DNA of 64,000 bases, taken from assembly GCA_002402585.1 (NCBI GenBank), contig DHGC01000054.1:10972-74971 (forward strand), in the 5' to 3' direction. The notes under the pieces are model-generated. The model made no database searches and was not told the origin of the DNA. It was given only the letters and a program-made list of their open reading frames with translations. Shown here one piece after another: positions 18,709-28,368 of the stretch (position 1 is the first letter of the stretch; the number at the start of each line of letters is the position of its first letter). The translations under genes were made by a program, and so were the position numbers. This stretch comes from Erysipelotrichaceae bacterium UBA4808. Its GTDB lineage: Bacteria > Bacillota_I > Bacilli_A > Erysipelotrichales > Erysipelotrichaceae.

Positions 18709-20373
18709 TTAATCCGCTAAATTGATTTCGACAATGACCGGCAATATCATCGGACGCTTACCCGTTTCCTTCAAGACATACTTAGTGATTTTATCCTTTG
18801 CTTCATTTCGGGCACTCATGTTTTCATAGCGTTTGTTTTCAACCATCGAAGCAATTGTATTCTCGAGAATCCCACCAATTTCCTTTACGATGTAATCCGC
18901 ATCCTTAAGATAAATGACACCACGCGATTGAACATCGGGTCCGCCAATGACTTCTTTGGTATTGAAATTCAAAACGATACCAATGACGATGACACCATCC
19001 GTCGACAACATCTCACGATCCTTGAGAATCAAACCACTGGAATCTAAATGTGCATTTCCGTCGATTAAAATCTCATCCAACTTGATGATGTTCGCTGTAT
19101 TCGCCAGCTTAGCATTTTCAAACGTCGCAATCTGACCATTGTCCAAGACAACGATTTTATCCGCATAATAACCCAAATCCAATGCAATCGTCGCATTGTT
19201 CACAAGATGACGATATTCGCCATGTATTGGTATGAAATACTTCGGTTTTAAGAGATACACCAACATTTTGATGTCTTCAATCGACGCATGCATCGAAATC
19301 ACTTTACGACGATCTAAAGTAATGACATTGACATCTTCTTTGTATAGCTCATTCTCCATCATGCTTGCTTCTTTTTCCGTGCCAGGAACAATCGGTGAAG
19401 CAATGATAACCGTATCATTTGCGTCCAGCGTAAACAATTCTTCTTCTTTCAATGCAATCTTGTGCATTAATTTAAAGACTTGCGGTCCACTACCAGAAAT
19501 GATGACCATGACATTGTCTAAATCATTATTAAACTTACCCTTTGGCAATTCTAAATCCAATGGCATCTTGTAATAGCCTAAAGATTCCGCCAAGCGTAAC
19601 AACTCGCGTTGATCCTGATTGAAGAATAATACCTTACGCTTGTATTTCTTAGCCAACTCCATCAATTCCATGAGTCTGAATAAATTCTGCTCATACATCG
19701 TCACAAAAACGCGACCCCTCGCATCTTCCAAAACATCTTCAACCGTCTCCGTGATCATGTGATTGGGTGCCGTGTAGCCTGGACGATCCGCGCCAACTGA
19801 TTCAGTTAAAAAAGCAAAAACACCCTTTTTACCAATTTCCGCAAAATTCGTGATATCACAAGCAAAGGCTGGATTACGTGTATTAAAATCTATGATGTAT
19901 TCACCCGCATAAACAATGTAGCCAAAAGGGCTTTCGATCGCAATGCCAAAAGCATCCGCAATCGAGTGTGTCAAGCTAAAGGTGCGGATATTGATTTTGC
20001 CAACATTCAAATTATCGTCACGTTTAATAACCTTGATTTGATAATCGCTCACCTTCTCTTCTTTAAACAATTTTTCAATTAGCTTTGCCGTCAATGGCGT
20101 TGTAAAAATCGGCAAATTAGCTTGCTTGATCAGATAAGGTAGAGCTGCCATTGCATCATCATGGCCATGTGTGATGAAGATGCCTTTAATTCTTTGTTTG
20201 TTTTCGATAAGATACTTAAAGTCTGGGATGATGATTTCAACCCCTAAACGATCCTTATCCGGATACTTAAGACCGACATCAATCACAAAAAGATCTTGAT
20301 TGATCTCGATAACGGTAAGATTCTTACCATCCTCATCTAAGCCACCCAACGCAAAAATGCGTACTTGATTCAT
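18709..20373 (-). CDS. rnj: ribonuclease J
   Basis: It has the metallo-beta-lactamase motif FITHGHDDAMAALP plus a beta-CASP layout, and is 554 aa. Confidence 0.9.
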   Translation of the reverse strand: MNQVRIFALGGLDEDGKNLTVIEINQDLFVIDVGLKYPDKDRLGVEIIIPDFKYLIENKQRIKGIFITHGHDDAMAALPYLIKQANLPIFTTPLTAKLIEKLFKEEKVSDYQIKVIKRDDNLNVGKINIRTFSLTHSIADAFGIAIESPFGYIVYAGEYIIDFNTRNPAFACDITNFAEIGKKGVFAFLTESVGADRPGYTAPNHMITETVEDVLEDARGRVFVTMYEQNLFRLMELMELAKKYKRKVLFFNQDQRELLRLAESLGYYKMPLDLELPKGKFNNDLDNVMVIISGSGPQVFKLMHKIALKEEELFTLDANDTVIIASPIVPGTEKEASMMENELYKEDVNVITLDRRKVISMHASIEDIKMLVYLLKPKYFIPIHGEYRHLVNNATIALDLGYYADKIVVLDNGQIATFENAKLANTANIIKLDEILIDGNAHLDSSGLILKDREMLSTDGVIVIGIVLNFNTKEVIGGPDVQSRGVIYLKDADYIVKEIGGILENTIASMVENKRYENMSARNEAKDKITKYVLKETGKRPMILPVIVEINLAD

Positions 20374-20429
20374 TATATTTCCTCCTAAATAAACACTATT
20401 TTCATTATAGCGTATAAAGCAAACTTAAG

Positions 20430-21860
20430 CTAAACTTCTTCACCTTTTAAGGTCCAAGTATTCGCTCCAGTAATTTTCACTTTTACAATCATACCAGCTT
20501 TTGCTTTCTTCGGTATAAAATTGACCAACTTATTCGTTTCAGTATAACCACTGTAGACATCTGGATTTTTTTTAGAAGGTCCATCCACTAGAACGTTTTG
20601 AATCGAATCCACAATCTTCTTATTGTTTTGTAGAGCATATACCGATACGCGTTGGTTCAAACGCTTCAAACGCGAACGCTTTACTTCCAACTCAATGTTA
20701 TCTTCCATCTTACTTGCCGGCGTCCCATGACGAGGCGAGTAAATGAAAGTGTAAACATTATCGAACTGACAATACTCAATCATCTTCAATGTATCATTGA
20801 ACTGTTCTTCCGACTCATTTGGGAAGCCAACAATGATGTCCGTTGAGAAAGCAATATTCTTAACTTTAGTCTTCAATGCATCAAAAACATGAAGATACTC
20901 ATCGGTTGTGTAACGACGTCCCATGATTTTAAGAATCTCATTGCTTCCAGATTGAAGTGGGAGATGAACAAAAGGCATGATGTTGTCATATTGCGCAATG
21001 ATATCCACCATCTTGTCACTGAAATCCCAAGGATGACTTGTCATGAAACGAATCCGTGGAATATCGGTTTTTGCCACATCTTCCAATAATTCCGCAAAGC
21101 CATAGTCGAGCTCCAAATCTTTACCATAAGCATTGACATTCTGGCCCAACAACGTAACTTCTTGATAACCTTCTTCAACCAAAGTCACGACTTCCTTAAG
21201 GATGTCTTCACTTAAACGTGAACGTTCCTTGCCACGTGTGTATGGAACGATACAGTATGTACAGAACTTGTCACAACCATAAATGATGTTTACCCAAGCT
21301 TTTGCTTTCTGAACACGATTGACAGGTAGATTTTCATAAACCTCCCCTTCTTTGGAATAAACTTCAACGACTCTTTCCTTGCTGAAATGAGCTTGTATCA
21401 AAAGCTCTGGGAAACGATGGATATTGTGCGTACCAAAGATGATATCAATATGTTGATGGGTCTTAAGAATGGTGTTGACCACCTCTTCCTCCTGAGCCAT
21501 GCAGCCACATACCACAAAAATCAAATCTGGATTCTCATATTTCAACTGTTTCAAATGGCCGATTTCACCAAAAACTTTATCCTCTGCATTCTTACGAATG
21601 GCACATGTGTTCATGATGATTAAATCGGCTTCTTCAGGTGTATTGACCTCTGCATAAGACATCATTGCAAGCATCCCACGAAGTGTTTCAGAATCACGCT
21701 CATTCGCTTGACATCCGTACGTACGTAAGTAAAATTTCTTATTAAAGCCTAGACTAAGATACTCATCTGGTATATTGAAACGCGAACGTTCGATGATCGT
21801 TTCATCTTTCGTTCTTCTTTGAGCACTTTTTAAATTTGGTTTGATAAATAGTTCGTTCAT
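20430..21860 (-). CDS. miaB: tRNA-2-methylthio-N6-dimethylallyladenosine synthase MiaB
   Basis: It has TYGCQANERDSE, NTCAIR, the radical-SAM motif GCDKFCTYCIVPYTRG, and a TRAM C-terminus. Confidence 0.9.
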   Translation of the reverse strand: MNELFIKPNLKSAQRRTKDETIIERSRFNIPDEYLSLGFNKKFYLRTYGCQANERDSETLRGMLAMMSYAEVNTPEEADLIIMNTCAIRKNAEDKVFGEIGHLKQLKYENPDLIFVVCGCMAQEEEVVNTILKTHQHIDIIFGTHNIHRFPELLIQAHFSKERVVEVYSKEGEVYENLPVNRVQKAKAWVNIIYGCDKFCTYCIVPYTRGKERSRLSEDILKEVVTLVEEGYQEVTLLGQNVNAYGKDLELDYGFAELLEDVAKTDIPRIRFMTSHPWDFSDKMVDIIAQYDNIMPFVHLPLQSGSNEILKIMGRRYTTDEYLHVFDALKTKVKNIAFSTDIIVGFPNESEEQFNDTLKMIEYCQFDNVYTFIYSPRHGTPASKMEDNIELEVKRSRLKRLNQRVSVYALQNNKKIVDSIQNVLVDGPSKKNPDVYSGYTETNKLVNFIPKKAKAGMIVKVKITGANTWTLKGEEV

Positions 21861-21869
21861 AATTTTCCC

Positions 21870-21896
21870 TTAAAAAAACCAAGCTCTGCTTGGTTA
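21870..21896 (-). terminator. intrinsic terminator after the ferredoxin gene, ending ~10 nt before the miaB start
   Basis: The minus strand reads AACCAAGC-aga-GCTTGGTT followed by TTTTTTA. The stem overlaps the ferredoxin stop codon. Confidence 0.55.
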
Positions 21897-22070
21897 TTTT
21901 TGACTTATCGCTTCAGTTGGACAAACACCGATACATGCTAAGCAATCAATGCAGATCGATTCATCGCATTCTGCTTTGCCATCCGCATCCAAAGATAAAG
22001 CTCCAACAGGGCAAACACCTACACAGGCACCACAACCAATACAGCTATCTTTTGCTACAACAACAGGCAT
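21894..22070 (-). CDS. 2x[4Fe-4S] ferredoxin (58 aa; below the ORF-track size cut-off)
   Basis: My own translation is MPVVVAKDSCIGCGACVGVCPVGALSLDADGKAECDESICIDCLACIGVCPTEAISQK, with two CxxCxxCxxxCP motifs. An AAAGGAGG SD lies 7 nt upstream and a TATAAT at 22096-22101 (minus strand). Confidence 0.75.
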   Translation of the reverse strand: MPVVVAKDSCIGCGACVGVCPVGALSLDADGKAECDESICIDCLACIGVCPTEAISQK

Positions 22071-22105
22071 AACGAATCCTCCTTTTAATAAAATAATTAT
22101 AGCAC

Positions 22106-22900
22106 TTAATGCTCATTATTCAACTCATTTTCCGGTCGAATCTGAATCCGCTGAATGTGTGTCGCACGCATGCTTTCTTCATCAATCGAGATTACAACTG
22201 CACAAAGCTGCGCAGGTTCTTCACTTACAGTGAAGCGCTTTGAATAATTACCATTGAAGCGATCCAAAACCTCTTGAATGTCACGTCCAATGACACTATT
22301 GAAAGGACCGGTCATTCCCACATCACTTATGAATGCACAACCATCAATGATTCTCTCATCGGCTGTTTGTACATGTGTGTGTGTCCCTAAGACTGCAGCA
22401 CATTGATCCTTGAACTGATAGGCAAAGGCAACTTTCTCACTGGTCGCTTCTGCATGCAGATCAACGATGACAATCTTGTTCTTATTGAATCGCTCAAGTT
22501 GATACATGGCTTCAAAAGGTGTTTCGACGACATTATCCATAAAAATCGAACCAATCAAATTGATGATGCGAAGTGTCTTGCCTTTTACTTCAAACTCTTG
22601 TATTCCTTTGCCGTGCGTTTGTGGATACATGTTTAAAGGTCTTACAAGATGTTTGCTTTTTTGGATAAATGCTAAAATATCCGACTTGGAATACGCATGA
22701 TTGCCTAAGGTGATCGCATCGACCCCATTGGCAAGCAGCTCTTCATAAAGCTTCAGGGTCATCCCTTTACCATGCGCGATGTTTTCACCATTCACGATGA
22801 TGAAATCAATATTATGCGCTTGTTTAAGCGAAACAAGTCGAGCATATAAAATTGCTCGACCTGCTTTTCCTACGATATCACCAACGAATAATATATTCAT
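22106..22900 (-). CDS. ymdB: YmdB-family metallophosphoesterase (2',3'-cyclic-nucleotide 2'-phosphodiesterase)
   Basis: The N-terminus is MNILFVGDIVGKAGR, followed by NGENIAHGKG. It follows rny as in Bacillus. Confidence 0.85.
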   Translation of the reverse strand: MNILFVGDIVGKAGRAILYARLVSLKQAHNIDFIIVNGENIAHGKGMTLKLYEELLANGVDAITLGNHAYSKSDILAFIQKSKHLVRPLNMYPQTHGKGIQEFEVKGKTLRIINLIGSIFMDNVVETPFEAMYQLERFNKNKIVIVDLHAEATSEKVAFAYQFKDQCAAVLGTHTHVQTADERIIDGCAFISDVGMTGPFNSVIGRDIQEVLDRFNGNYSKRFTVSEEPAQLCAVVISIDEESMRATHIQRIQIRPENELNNEH

Positions 22901-24459
22901 TATTTCGCTACTTCTGACGTCCGTGTCTCACGAATAACCGTGACTTTGATTTGACCCGGATAGGTCATTTCTTTTTCAATCTTCTCGCGTATTTCACGTG
23001 CAACGCGGTGACAAGCTAAATCATCCAATTTATCTGGAACAACCATGACGCGAATCTCACGTCCTGCTTGAATCGCATACACTTTTTCAACACCATCAAA
23101 GGATGTGGCAATCTTTTCCAATTGTTCCAAACGTTGAATGTAATTCTGGAATGATTCAAAACGAGCCCCTGGTCGAGCAGCACTCAACGTATCCGCAGCC
23201 TGCGCTAAAACGGCATAAATTGAATTTGCAGGCACATCCCCATGATGCGATTCAATCGCATTGATGACCGCTGGATGTTCACCATGCTTACGACAGATGC
23301 GAGCACCGAGTTCCACATGGCTTCCTTCCATTTCGAAATCCAAAGCTTTACCGATATCATGAAGCAAACCAACACGCTTAGCTAAATTCTGGTTCAAACC
23401 CAGTTCAGCAGCCATCATTCCCGTTAAATAAGCAACTTCCATACTGTGTTGCAAAGCATTTTGCCCATAACTGTAACGATAACGCAAACGTCCGATCAAA
23501 CCGACGATTTCACGATCGATCTTACCGATACCAACCTTAAATACGGCATCAGCACCCGCTTTTTGAATGGTTTCATTCAACTCGTTTTGAACACGACCGA
23601 CGACCTCTTCAATACGACCAGGTTGGATACGACCATCTTTCAATAAAGACTCCAAAGACAATCGTGCAACTTCACGACGGATTGGATCGAAACAAGATAA
23701 TGTGATGGTTTCTGGTGTGTCATCAATCAAGATGTCAACACCAGTCGCTTGTTCAATCGCGCGAATGTTACGTCCTTCACGGCCGATGATACGACCCTTC
23801 ATTTCTTCATTTGGCAAGGCGACAACGGAAACAGTACGTTCCAAAGTCTCTTCTTGTGCATAACGTTGAATTGCCAAACCAATGATCTCACGTGCCATAT
23901 CGGAAGCCTTTGACTTCGCTTCTTCTTCTTGGTCACGGATATAAGCTTCTACTTCATTTTGTGTTCTTACTCGAACGATATCCAATAATTCCTGTTTTGC
24001 GTCACTTGCCGACATATTGGCAATTCGTTCCAACTCAACAACCTGCCCATCGATCTTCTCTTGCAGGGTTTTCTCCATCTTCTCTAGTACGTTTAATTTT
24101 TCGGTAACTTGTTTATTTCTTGTATCAAGTTCTTTTTCTTTTGAGGTCAACGTCTCATTACGAAAATTAAGACTGTCTTCACGACGGTTCAATTTAGCTT
24201 CAATTTCTTGAAGTGATTGTTTTGATTCCTTAATTTCTTTTTCTGCAGCTAATTTCAAATCATAAGCTTGTGTCTTCGCATCGAGTTGCGCTTGACGTAA
24301 AGCAGCATCTGCTTTAATGTTCGCTTCATCTAAAATAAGCTTTGCTTTTTGTTGATCTCTATTTAATCCTAACTTTGAGATGACCATCATCAAGATGACC
24401 CCCAAAGCAAAACCACCGATAATACTAGCTAAGATGAAAAAGTATGGTAAATCTCGCAT
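22900..24459 (-). CDS. rny: ribonuclease Y
   Basis: It has an N-terminal TM helix, a coiled coil, a KH domain (GRIIGREGRNIRA) and an HD domain (LLHDIGKA). The start is the ATG at 24459, preceded by GGAGGAAAAA. Confidence 0.9.
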   Translation of the reverse strand: MRDLPYFFILASIIGGFALGVILMMVISKLGLNRDQQKAKLILDEANIKADAALRQAQLDAKTQAYDLKLAAEKEIKESKQSLQEIEAKLNRREDSLNFRNETLTSKEKELDTRNKQVTEKLNVLEKMEKTLQEKIDGQVVELERIANMSASDAKQELLDIVRVRTQNEVEAYIRDQEEEAKSKASDMAREIIGLAIQRYAQEETLERTVSVVALPNEEMKGRIIGREGRNIRAIEQATGVDILIDDTPETITLSCFDPIRREVARLSLESLLKDGRIQPGRIEEVVGRVQNELNETIQKAGADAVFKVGIGKIDREIVGLIGRLRYRYSYGQNALQHSMEVAYLTGMMAAELGLNQNLAKRVGLLHDIGKALDFEMEGSHVELGARICRKHGEHPAVINAIESHHGDVPANSIYAVLAQAADTLSAARPGARFESFQNYIQRLEQLEKIATSFDGVEKVYAIQAGREIRVMVVPDKLDDLACHRVAREIREKIEKEMTYPGQIKVTVIRETRTSEVAK

Positions 24460-24527
24460 ATTTTTCCTCCAGCTTAGAGTTTTGATAACTCTACTTATAA
24501 TCATACTTAATTTTCGAACATTTCTCA

Positions 24528-24551
24528 ACAAAAAAGGACGTTAGTGTCCTT
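24528..24551 (-). terminator. weak intrinsic terminator after recA
   Basis: The minus strand reads AAGGAC-actaac-GTCCTT then TTTTTGTTG. The recA stop codon sits in the loop. Confidence 0.45.
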
Positions 24552-25557
24552 CTTCACCCTCTTCTACAACCTTTGTGAAGAGCTTTTGTTTTAATTCCAC
24601 TTCAATCGTATTGCAAATCACAGGATTCGCTTGCAAGAATGCACGCGCCGCTTCCTTACCCTGACCAATCTTTTCTCCATTATAGGAGAACCATGCCCCA
24701 GCTTTTTGAATGATATCACGATCGACAGCCATCTCAATTAACTCTCCAATTCGCGAAATCCCTTTGCCATACATGATATCAACAGTCGCCACTTTGAATG
24801 GTGGAGCTACTTTATTTTTAACGATTTTCACATTGACTTTATTGCCAATGATATCCGTTCCCGATTTAATAGCTTCACTCTTTCGAACATCGACACGAAT
24901 CGAAGCATAGAACTTAAGTGCTTTCCCACCTGTCGTCGTTTCAGGATTACCAAACATGACCCCAATCTTTTCACGTAATTGATTGATGAAGATTGCCGTA
25001 CAATCACTGCGGTTCATGACCCCAGCCAATTTACGCATCGCTTTAGACATCAAACGTGCTTGAAGACCCATATGGGCATCCGACATTTCACCATCCAATT
25101 CAGCTTGAGGAACCAAAGCCGCAACTGAGTCGATGACAATCAAATCAATCGCACCACTTTTAATCAACATTTCAGTGATCTCCAAAGCCTGTTCACCACT
25201 ATCGGGTTGCGAAAGAATCAAATCTTCAATATTGACACCTAATGCTTTGGCATACATCGGATCGATAGCGTTTTCCGCATCAATAAAGGCAGCCTTGCCA
25301 CCCTTTTTCTGCACTTCTGCAATCGCATGCAAAGCCAATGTGGTCTTCCCACTCGACTCTGGACCATAGATTTCTACGATACGTCCTTTAGGATAACCCC
25401 CCACACCCAAAGCGTAATCGATTGCGATCGAGCCACTGCTAATCGAATCGATTTCAACATTTGCACGATCACCTAAACGCATAACCGCACCTTTACCATA
25501 CTGTTTTTGAATCTGCTTTAAAGCATCTTCCAATAAAATATCTTTTTTATTTTCCAT
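24541..25557 (-). CDS. recA: recombinase RecA
   Basis: It contains the canonical [13 protein letters not shown]-loop and the conserved RecA core. Confidence 0.95.
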   Translation of the reverse strand: MENKKDILLEDALKQIQKQYGKGAVMRLGDRANVEIDSISSGSIAIDYALGVGGYPKGRIVEIYGPESSGKTTLALHAIAEVQKKGGKAAFIDAENAIDPMYAKALGVNIEDLILSQPDSGEQALEITEMLIKSGAIDLIVIDSVAALVPQAELDGEMSDAHMGLQARLMSKAMRKLAGVMNRSDCTAIFINQLREKIGVMFGNPETTTGGKALKFYASIRVDVRKSEAIKSGTDIIGNKVNVKIVKNKVAPPFKVATVDIMYGKGISRIGELIEMAVDRDIIQKAGAWFSYNGEKIGQGKEAARAFLQANPVICNTIEVELKQKLFTKVVEEGEEGH

Positions 25558-25582
25558 AGGTTCCTCTTCTTTTAAATATGCT

Positions 25583-26050
25583 TTAGTTTGGCATATCCCT
25601 AATAATATCGATTAACTTAGACGTCATCGTTTGAACCGCATGCACTTGCAAAGCATTTCGTTCCAACGAATCTTGAAACTCGAAATCAAACTGTTGATCT
25701 CGATACCGCATACAAGCAAACCACAAACCACAGGCTTTCCCTTCGAGCACACTAGGCCCTGCATTGCCTGTAAAGGATATGCAAATATCACTCGCAAACA
25801 TACTTTGACACGTTTTTGCCATTTGGTCAGCAACTTCCCGACTCACGACACCATAGGTATCAAGAAACATTGGATCAATACCAAGTACCGTATGTTTAAC
25901 CTCAGATTGATAAGCGATCACTGAACCTTTATAAGTGGCAGAGACCCCTGGAATCTTACCTAGTTCATATGCGAACAATCCCGCTGTGAAACTTTCACAG
26001 GTACTGATGCTTAACTTCTTTTCAACAAGGAGTTCAACCAACCGTTTCAT
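25583..26050 (-). CDS. cinA: CinA C-terminal-domain protein (nicotinamide-nucleotide amidase PncC-like), stand-alone
   Basis: The sequence is [27 protein letters not shown]... and I see no N-terminal MoCF domain. The ATG at 26050 shares 1 nt with the pgsA TAA. Confidence 0.8.
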   Translation of the reverse strand: MKRLVELLVEKKLSISTCESFTAGLFAYELGKIPGVSATYKGSVIAYQSEVKHTVLGIDPMFLDTYGVVSREVADQMAKTCQSMFASDICISFTGNAGPSVLEGKACGLWFACMRYRDQQFDFEFQDSLERNALQVHAVQTMTSKLIDIIRDMPN

Positions 26051-26643
26051 TACATGGATTCCAGAATCATATCTTTGGCTTGAACAAAATAAGATACACC
26101 ACTCAAGACCGAAATGATGACCGTAAACCACAACATCAATTCATGGACCGGTAATTGAACCAACTCAAAAGGAAGATTACCCGCGAGATAAAGAATGATC
26201 GTCAGCATCTGAGCTACCGTCTTTACTTTACCCAAGAAAGCCGCCGCAATCGTCACGCCATTTCGAGCCGCAATCATTCGGATGCCTTCGACAATGGTAT
26301 CACGCCAAATCAAAACCAACACCGCAATGACAGGCACAACGCCTTGATAAGCGAATAAGATGAATACCGTATTGACTAAAAGCTTATCCGCAATCGGATC
26401 CACAAACTTACCAAACGTCGTGACTTGATTGTTCTTACGCGCAAGATAACCATCTAGAAAATCCGTGATGCTCGCCAAAGTAAACAAAGCTAAAATAATC
26501 AGATTTACAACAGGAAGACTAACGAACGCATATTTAACATAGCCAAAGACGATATTAAACTGTGCGAACGGAAATGTTGCGAAGAATACAATGACAGGAA
26601 TAAACAATAAACGAATCAAAGTCAATCGATTGGGTAGATTCAT
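26050..26643 (-). CDS. pgsA: CDP-diacylglycerol--glycerol-3-phosphate 3-phosphatidyltransferase
   Basis: It has the CDP-alcohol phosphotransferase motif DFLDGYLARKNNQVTTFGKFVDPIADK. The ATG at 26643 overlaps the rodZ stop (ATGA). Confidence 0.9.
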   Translation of the reverse strand: MNLPNRLTLIRLLFIPVIVFFATFPFAQFNIVFGYVKYAFVSLPVVNLIILALFTLASITDFLDGYLARKNNQVTTFGKFVDPIADKLLVNTVFILFAYQGVVPVIAVLVLIWRDTIVEGIRMIAARNGVTIAAAFLGKVKTVAQMLTIILYLAGNLPFELVQLPVHELMLWFTVIISVLSGVSYFVQAKDMILESM

Positions 26644-27512
26644 GCGTTTCCTCCTACACATTTGAACGTCAATGTGACTGAACCATTTCGAGCTGCAATT
26701 TCTGCATCCAAAGGAATACTTAAATCATTTAAAAACATCGTATTGCCGTTCATCCAACCAATGTAGATTTCTAGCGTGGTATCTGCACTCGCCGTGAATT
26801 TGAAATCCAAGGTCGACCCAACATTATAGAGTTTACTCGGTAGATTGACAGCCGAATCGCCATTGACAGTGATTCGAACATAAGCATTCGACCCAAAGTT
26901 CAGAACCAAACTCAACTCTTCATTCTCATCGAAACCGATGATCTCATAATTTAAAGAATCAAGCTGATTGATCGCGAGAATCTGATCCTCCACAACCGGT
27001 GTTTCATCGGGTGTATTCGGCAAGGGTTCAATTGGTTCAGGCATTTGAGGATTTAAAAGAACCGGATCTTTATCTTGATTAAGATTTGGTAAAATCAAGA
27101 AGATGAAAACCAATATCAAAATGATGACCAAAACAATCACAGAAGCCACAAATGAGATCAACGATACATCCCACTTTTTTTGTTTTGAGCGCTTTAAACT
27201 CATCGCACGTTCTTGAATACGTTCAGATACTTCATTGACTTCCGATATTTTCATCATTTTAGTTGTATTTGAATACTCATCCAAACTATTATCCAAGTCC
27301 TCACGCACCTCTTCAAAATCGATATGTAAGGCATTACAGTAATAACGCACATAAAAACGAACATAAGACAAATCGTTTTCCAATCGCTTCAAGTCGCCTG
27401 CTTCGATGGCTTCCAGCTTACCGATTGGGACACGTGTCTTATCGCTCATCTGTCTTAAAGTGAAACCTAATTCTTCTCTTCTTTCCTTAAGTTTTAGACC
27501 AATTTTTTGCAT
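26640..27512 (-). CDS. rodZ: RodZ-like cytoskeleton/shape protein (XRE-type HTH, one TM, C-terminal beta domain)
   Basis: It has an N-terminal HTH (IGLKLKERREELGFTLRQMSDKTRVPIGKLEAIEAG), a central TM helix, and sits upstream of pgsA like Bacillus ymfM. The ATG at 27512 follows an AGGAG SD; the track start is a TTG. Confidence 0.75.
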   Translation of the reverse strand: MQKIGLKLKERREELGFTLRQMSDKTRVPIGKLEAIEAGDLKRLENDLSYVRFYVRYYCNALHIDFEEVREDLDNSLDEYSNTTKMMKISEVNEVSERIQERAMSLKRSKQKKWDVSLISFVASVIVLVIILILVFIFLILPNLNQDKDPVLLNPQMPEPIEPLPNTPDETPVVEDQILAINQLDSLNYEIIGFDENEELSLVLNFGSNAYVRITVNGDSAVNLPSKLYNVGSTLDFKFTASADTTLEIYIGWMNGNTMFLNDLSIPLDAEIAARNGSVTLTFKCVGGNA

Positions 27513-27557
27513 GCTCAACTCCTACTTTTATTATTATACCATTAAAAAACAAATGTA

Positions 27558-27584
27558 TAAAAAAAATGGAAGTTGACTCCCATT
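27558..27584 (-). terminator. intrinsic terminator after rnpB
   Basis: The minus strand reads ATGGGAG-tcaa-CTTCCAT followed by TTTTTTTT. Confidence 0.6.
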
Positions 27585-27595
27585 TTCAATTTTAT

Positions 27596-27931
27596 GCATC
27601 GTGTAAGCCATGTTCTGTCCTGTTTCCAGGGGCAACCATCTATCTACATTGCTGTCCTCATCGACCTTCAGTTCGGCCTTTGAAGTTCCCCTACCAAATT
27701 TGGGTTTCTCGCTTATGGGGTTTACCGCGTTCCACTCTTTCCGTTTCCCGAAAGACTACGTCACTGTGGCACTTTCAAGAGCGCTTCCATAGCTTGCGCC
27801 TTAGGATTGACTCTGCCGTCAGTTGCCTGCCTAAATTTATTTTTTCATTTAGCATAAACACTACCTTCATCGCAGAAGGTGCGAGCATGGACTTTCCTCT
27901 AATCTTACGACCAGCGATTGCCTTCGATGCA
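27596..27931 (-). ncRNA. rnpB: RNase P RNA, type B (Firmicutes type), ~336 nt
   Basis: The minus strand contains the universally conserved P4 halves GAGGAAAGUCCAUGCUCGCAC (27898-27878) and ACAGAACAUGGCUUACA (27619-27603). It also has a long near-identity to the Bacillus-type core (UGAAAGUGCCACAGUGACG...GAGUGGAACGCGGUAAACCCC...GCGAGAAACCCAAAUUUGGUAGGGGAAC). P1 pairs GCAUCG with CGAUGC at the two ends. Confidence 0.92.
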
Positions 27932-27932
27932 A

Positions 27933-28244
27933 TTATTTATGATAAACTTCTTGTTCTAATTTAGCAAGTCTTTTCAAGAGATCTGATTGACTCAAAGGTG
28001 CACTTTCTTGATTGTTTTGATACAAATCCAGTCGACCCTCTGCTTCAATCAATCGTGCCTGAAGCGAAGCGTTCTGTTGCTGTAAAACCTGCAGACTTTC
28101 CTGCATTTTTTTCATTTCAAATTGAAAGTACTGATAATCCAGAATCACCTGATCTAAAAATGTATCCACCTCTAAGGTTGAATATCCTTTGAATTCCACA
28201 TTGAAACTTTTATTAAAAATAATCTGATCTGTTAATTTTGTCAT
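27933..28244 (-). CDS. gpsB: cell-cycle protein GpsB (DivIVA-domain)
   Basis: The sequence MTKLTDQIIFNKSFNVEFKGYSTLEVDTFLDQVILDY is a DivIVA/GpsB N-domain, about 103 aa. It is adjacent to rnpB and divergent from recU-ponA, as in Bacillus. The start is the ATG at 28244. Confidence 0.8.
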   Translation of the reverse strand: MTKLTDQIIFNKSFNVEFKGYSTLEVDTFLDQVILDYQYFQFEMKKMQESLQVLQQQNASLQARLIEAEGRLDLYQNNQESAPLSQSDLLKRLAKLEQEVYHK

Positions 28245-28298
28245 TTTTGTACCCAATATCTTTATTAAACCAAATTTACACTTCGAATACAAGGTCAC

Positions 28299-28320
28299 AC
28301 AACTTGCATACAACTTGCAT
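28299..28320. repeat. perfect tandem direct repeat, 2 x 11 bp (ACAACTTGCAT)
   Basis: I read this directly from the gpsB/recU divergent intergenic region. Each copy contains a TTGCAT hexamer. Confidence 0.9.
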
Positions 28321-28368
28321 GAACTAGTATTGTTCAATCCTTTTAGCTATAATAAGACTGTTAAAAAT

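Noticed and set aside
25558-25640. I looked for a LexA (Cheo) box upstream of recA. I also examined a CGAACAT half-site at about 24514-24520 in the recA-rny spacer.
   Set aside because: No GAAC-n4-GTTC-type palindrome lies upstream of recA, which sits only 25 nt after cinA. The 24.5-kb match is a half-site downstream of recA and is not convincing.
27566-27964. Plus-strand ORFs of 132 aa (27566-27964) and 60 aa (27610-27792).
   Set aside because: They lie antisense across the RNase P RNA gene, have no SD, and encode Ser/Pro/Cys/Leu-rich nonsense. The region is fully explained by rnpB.
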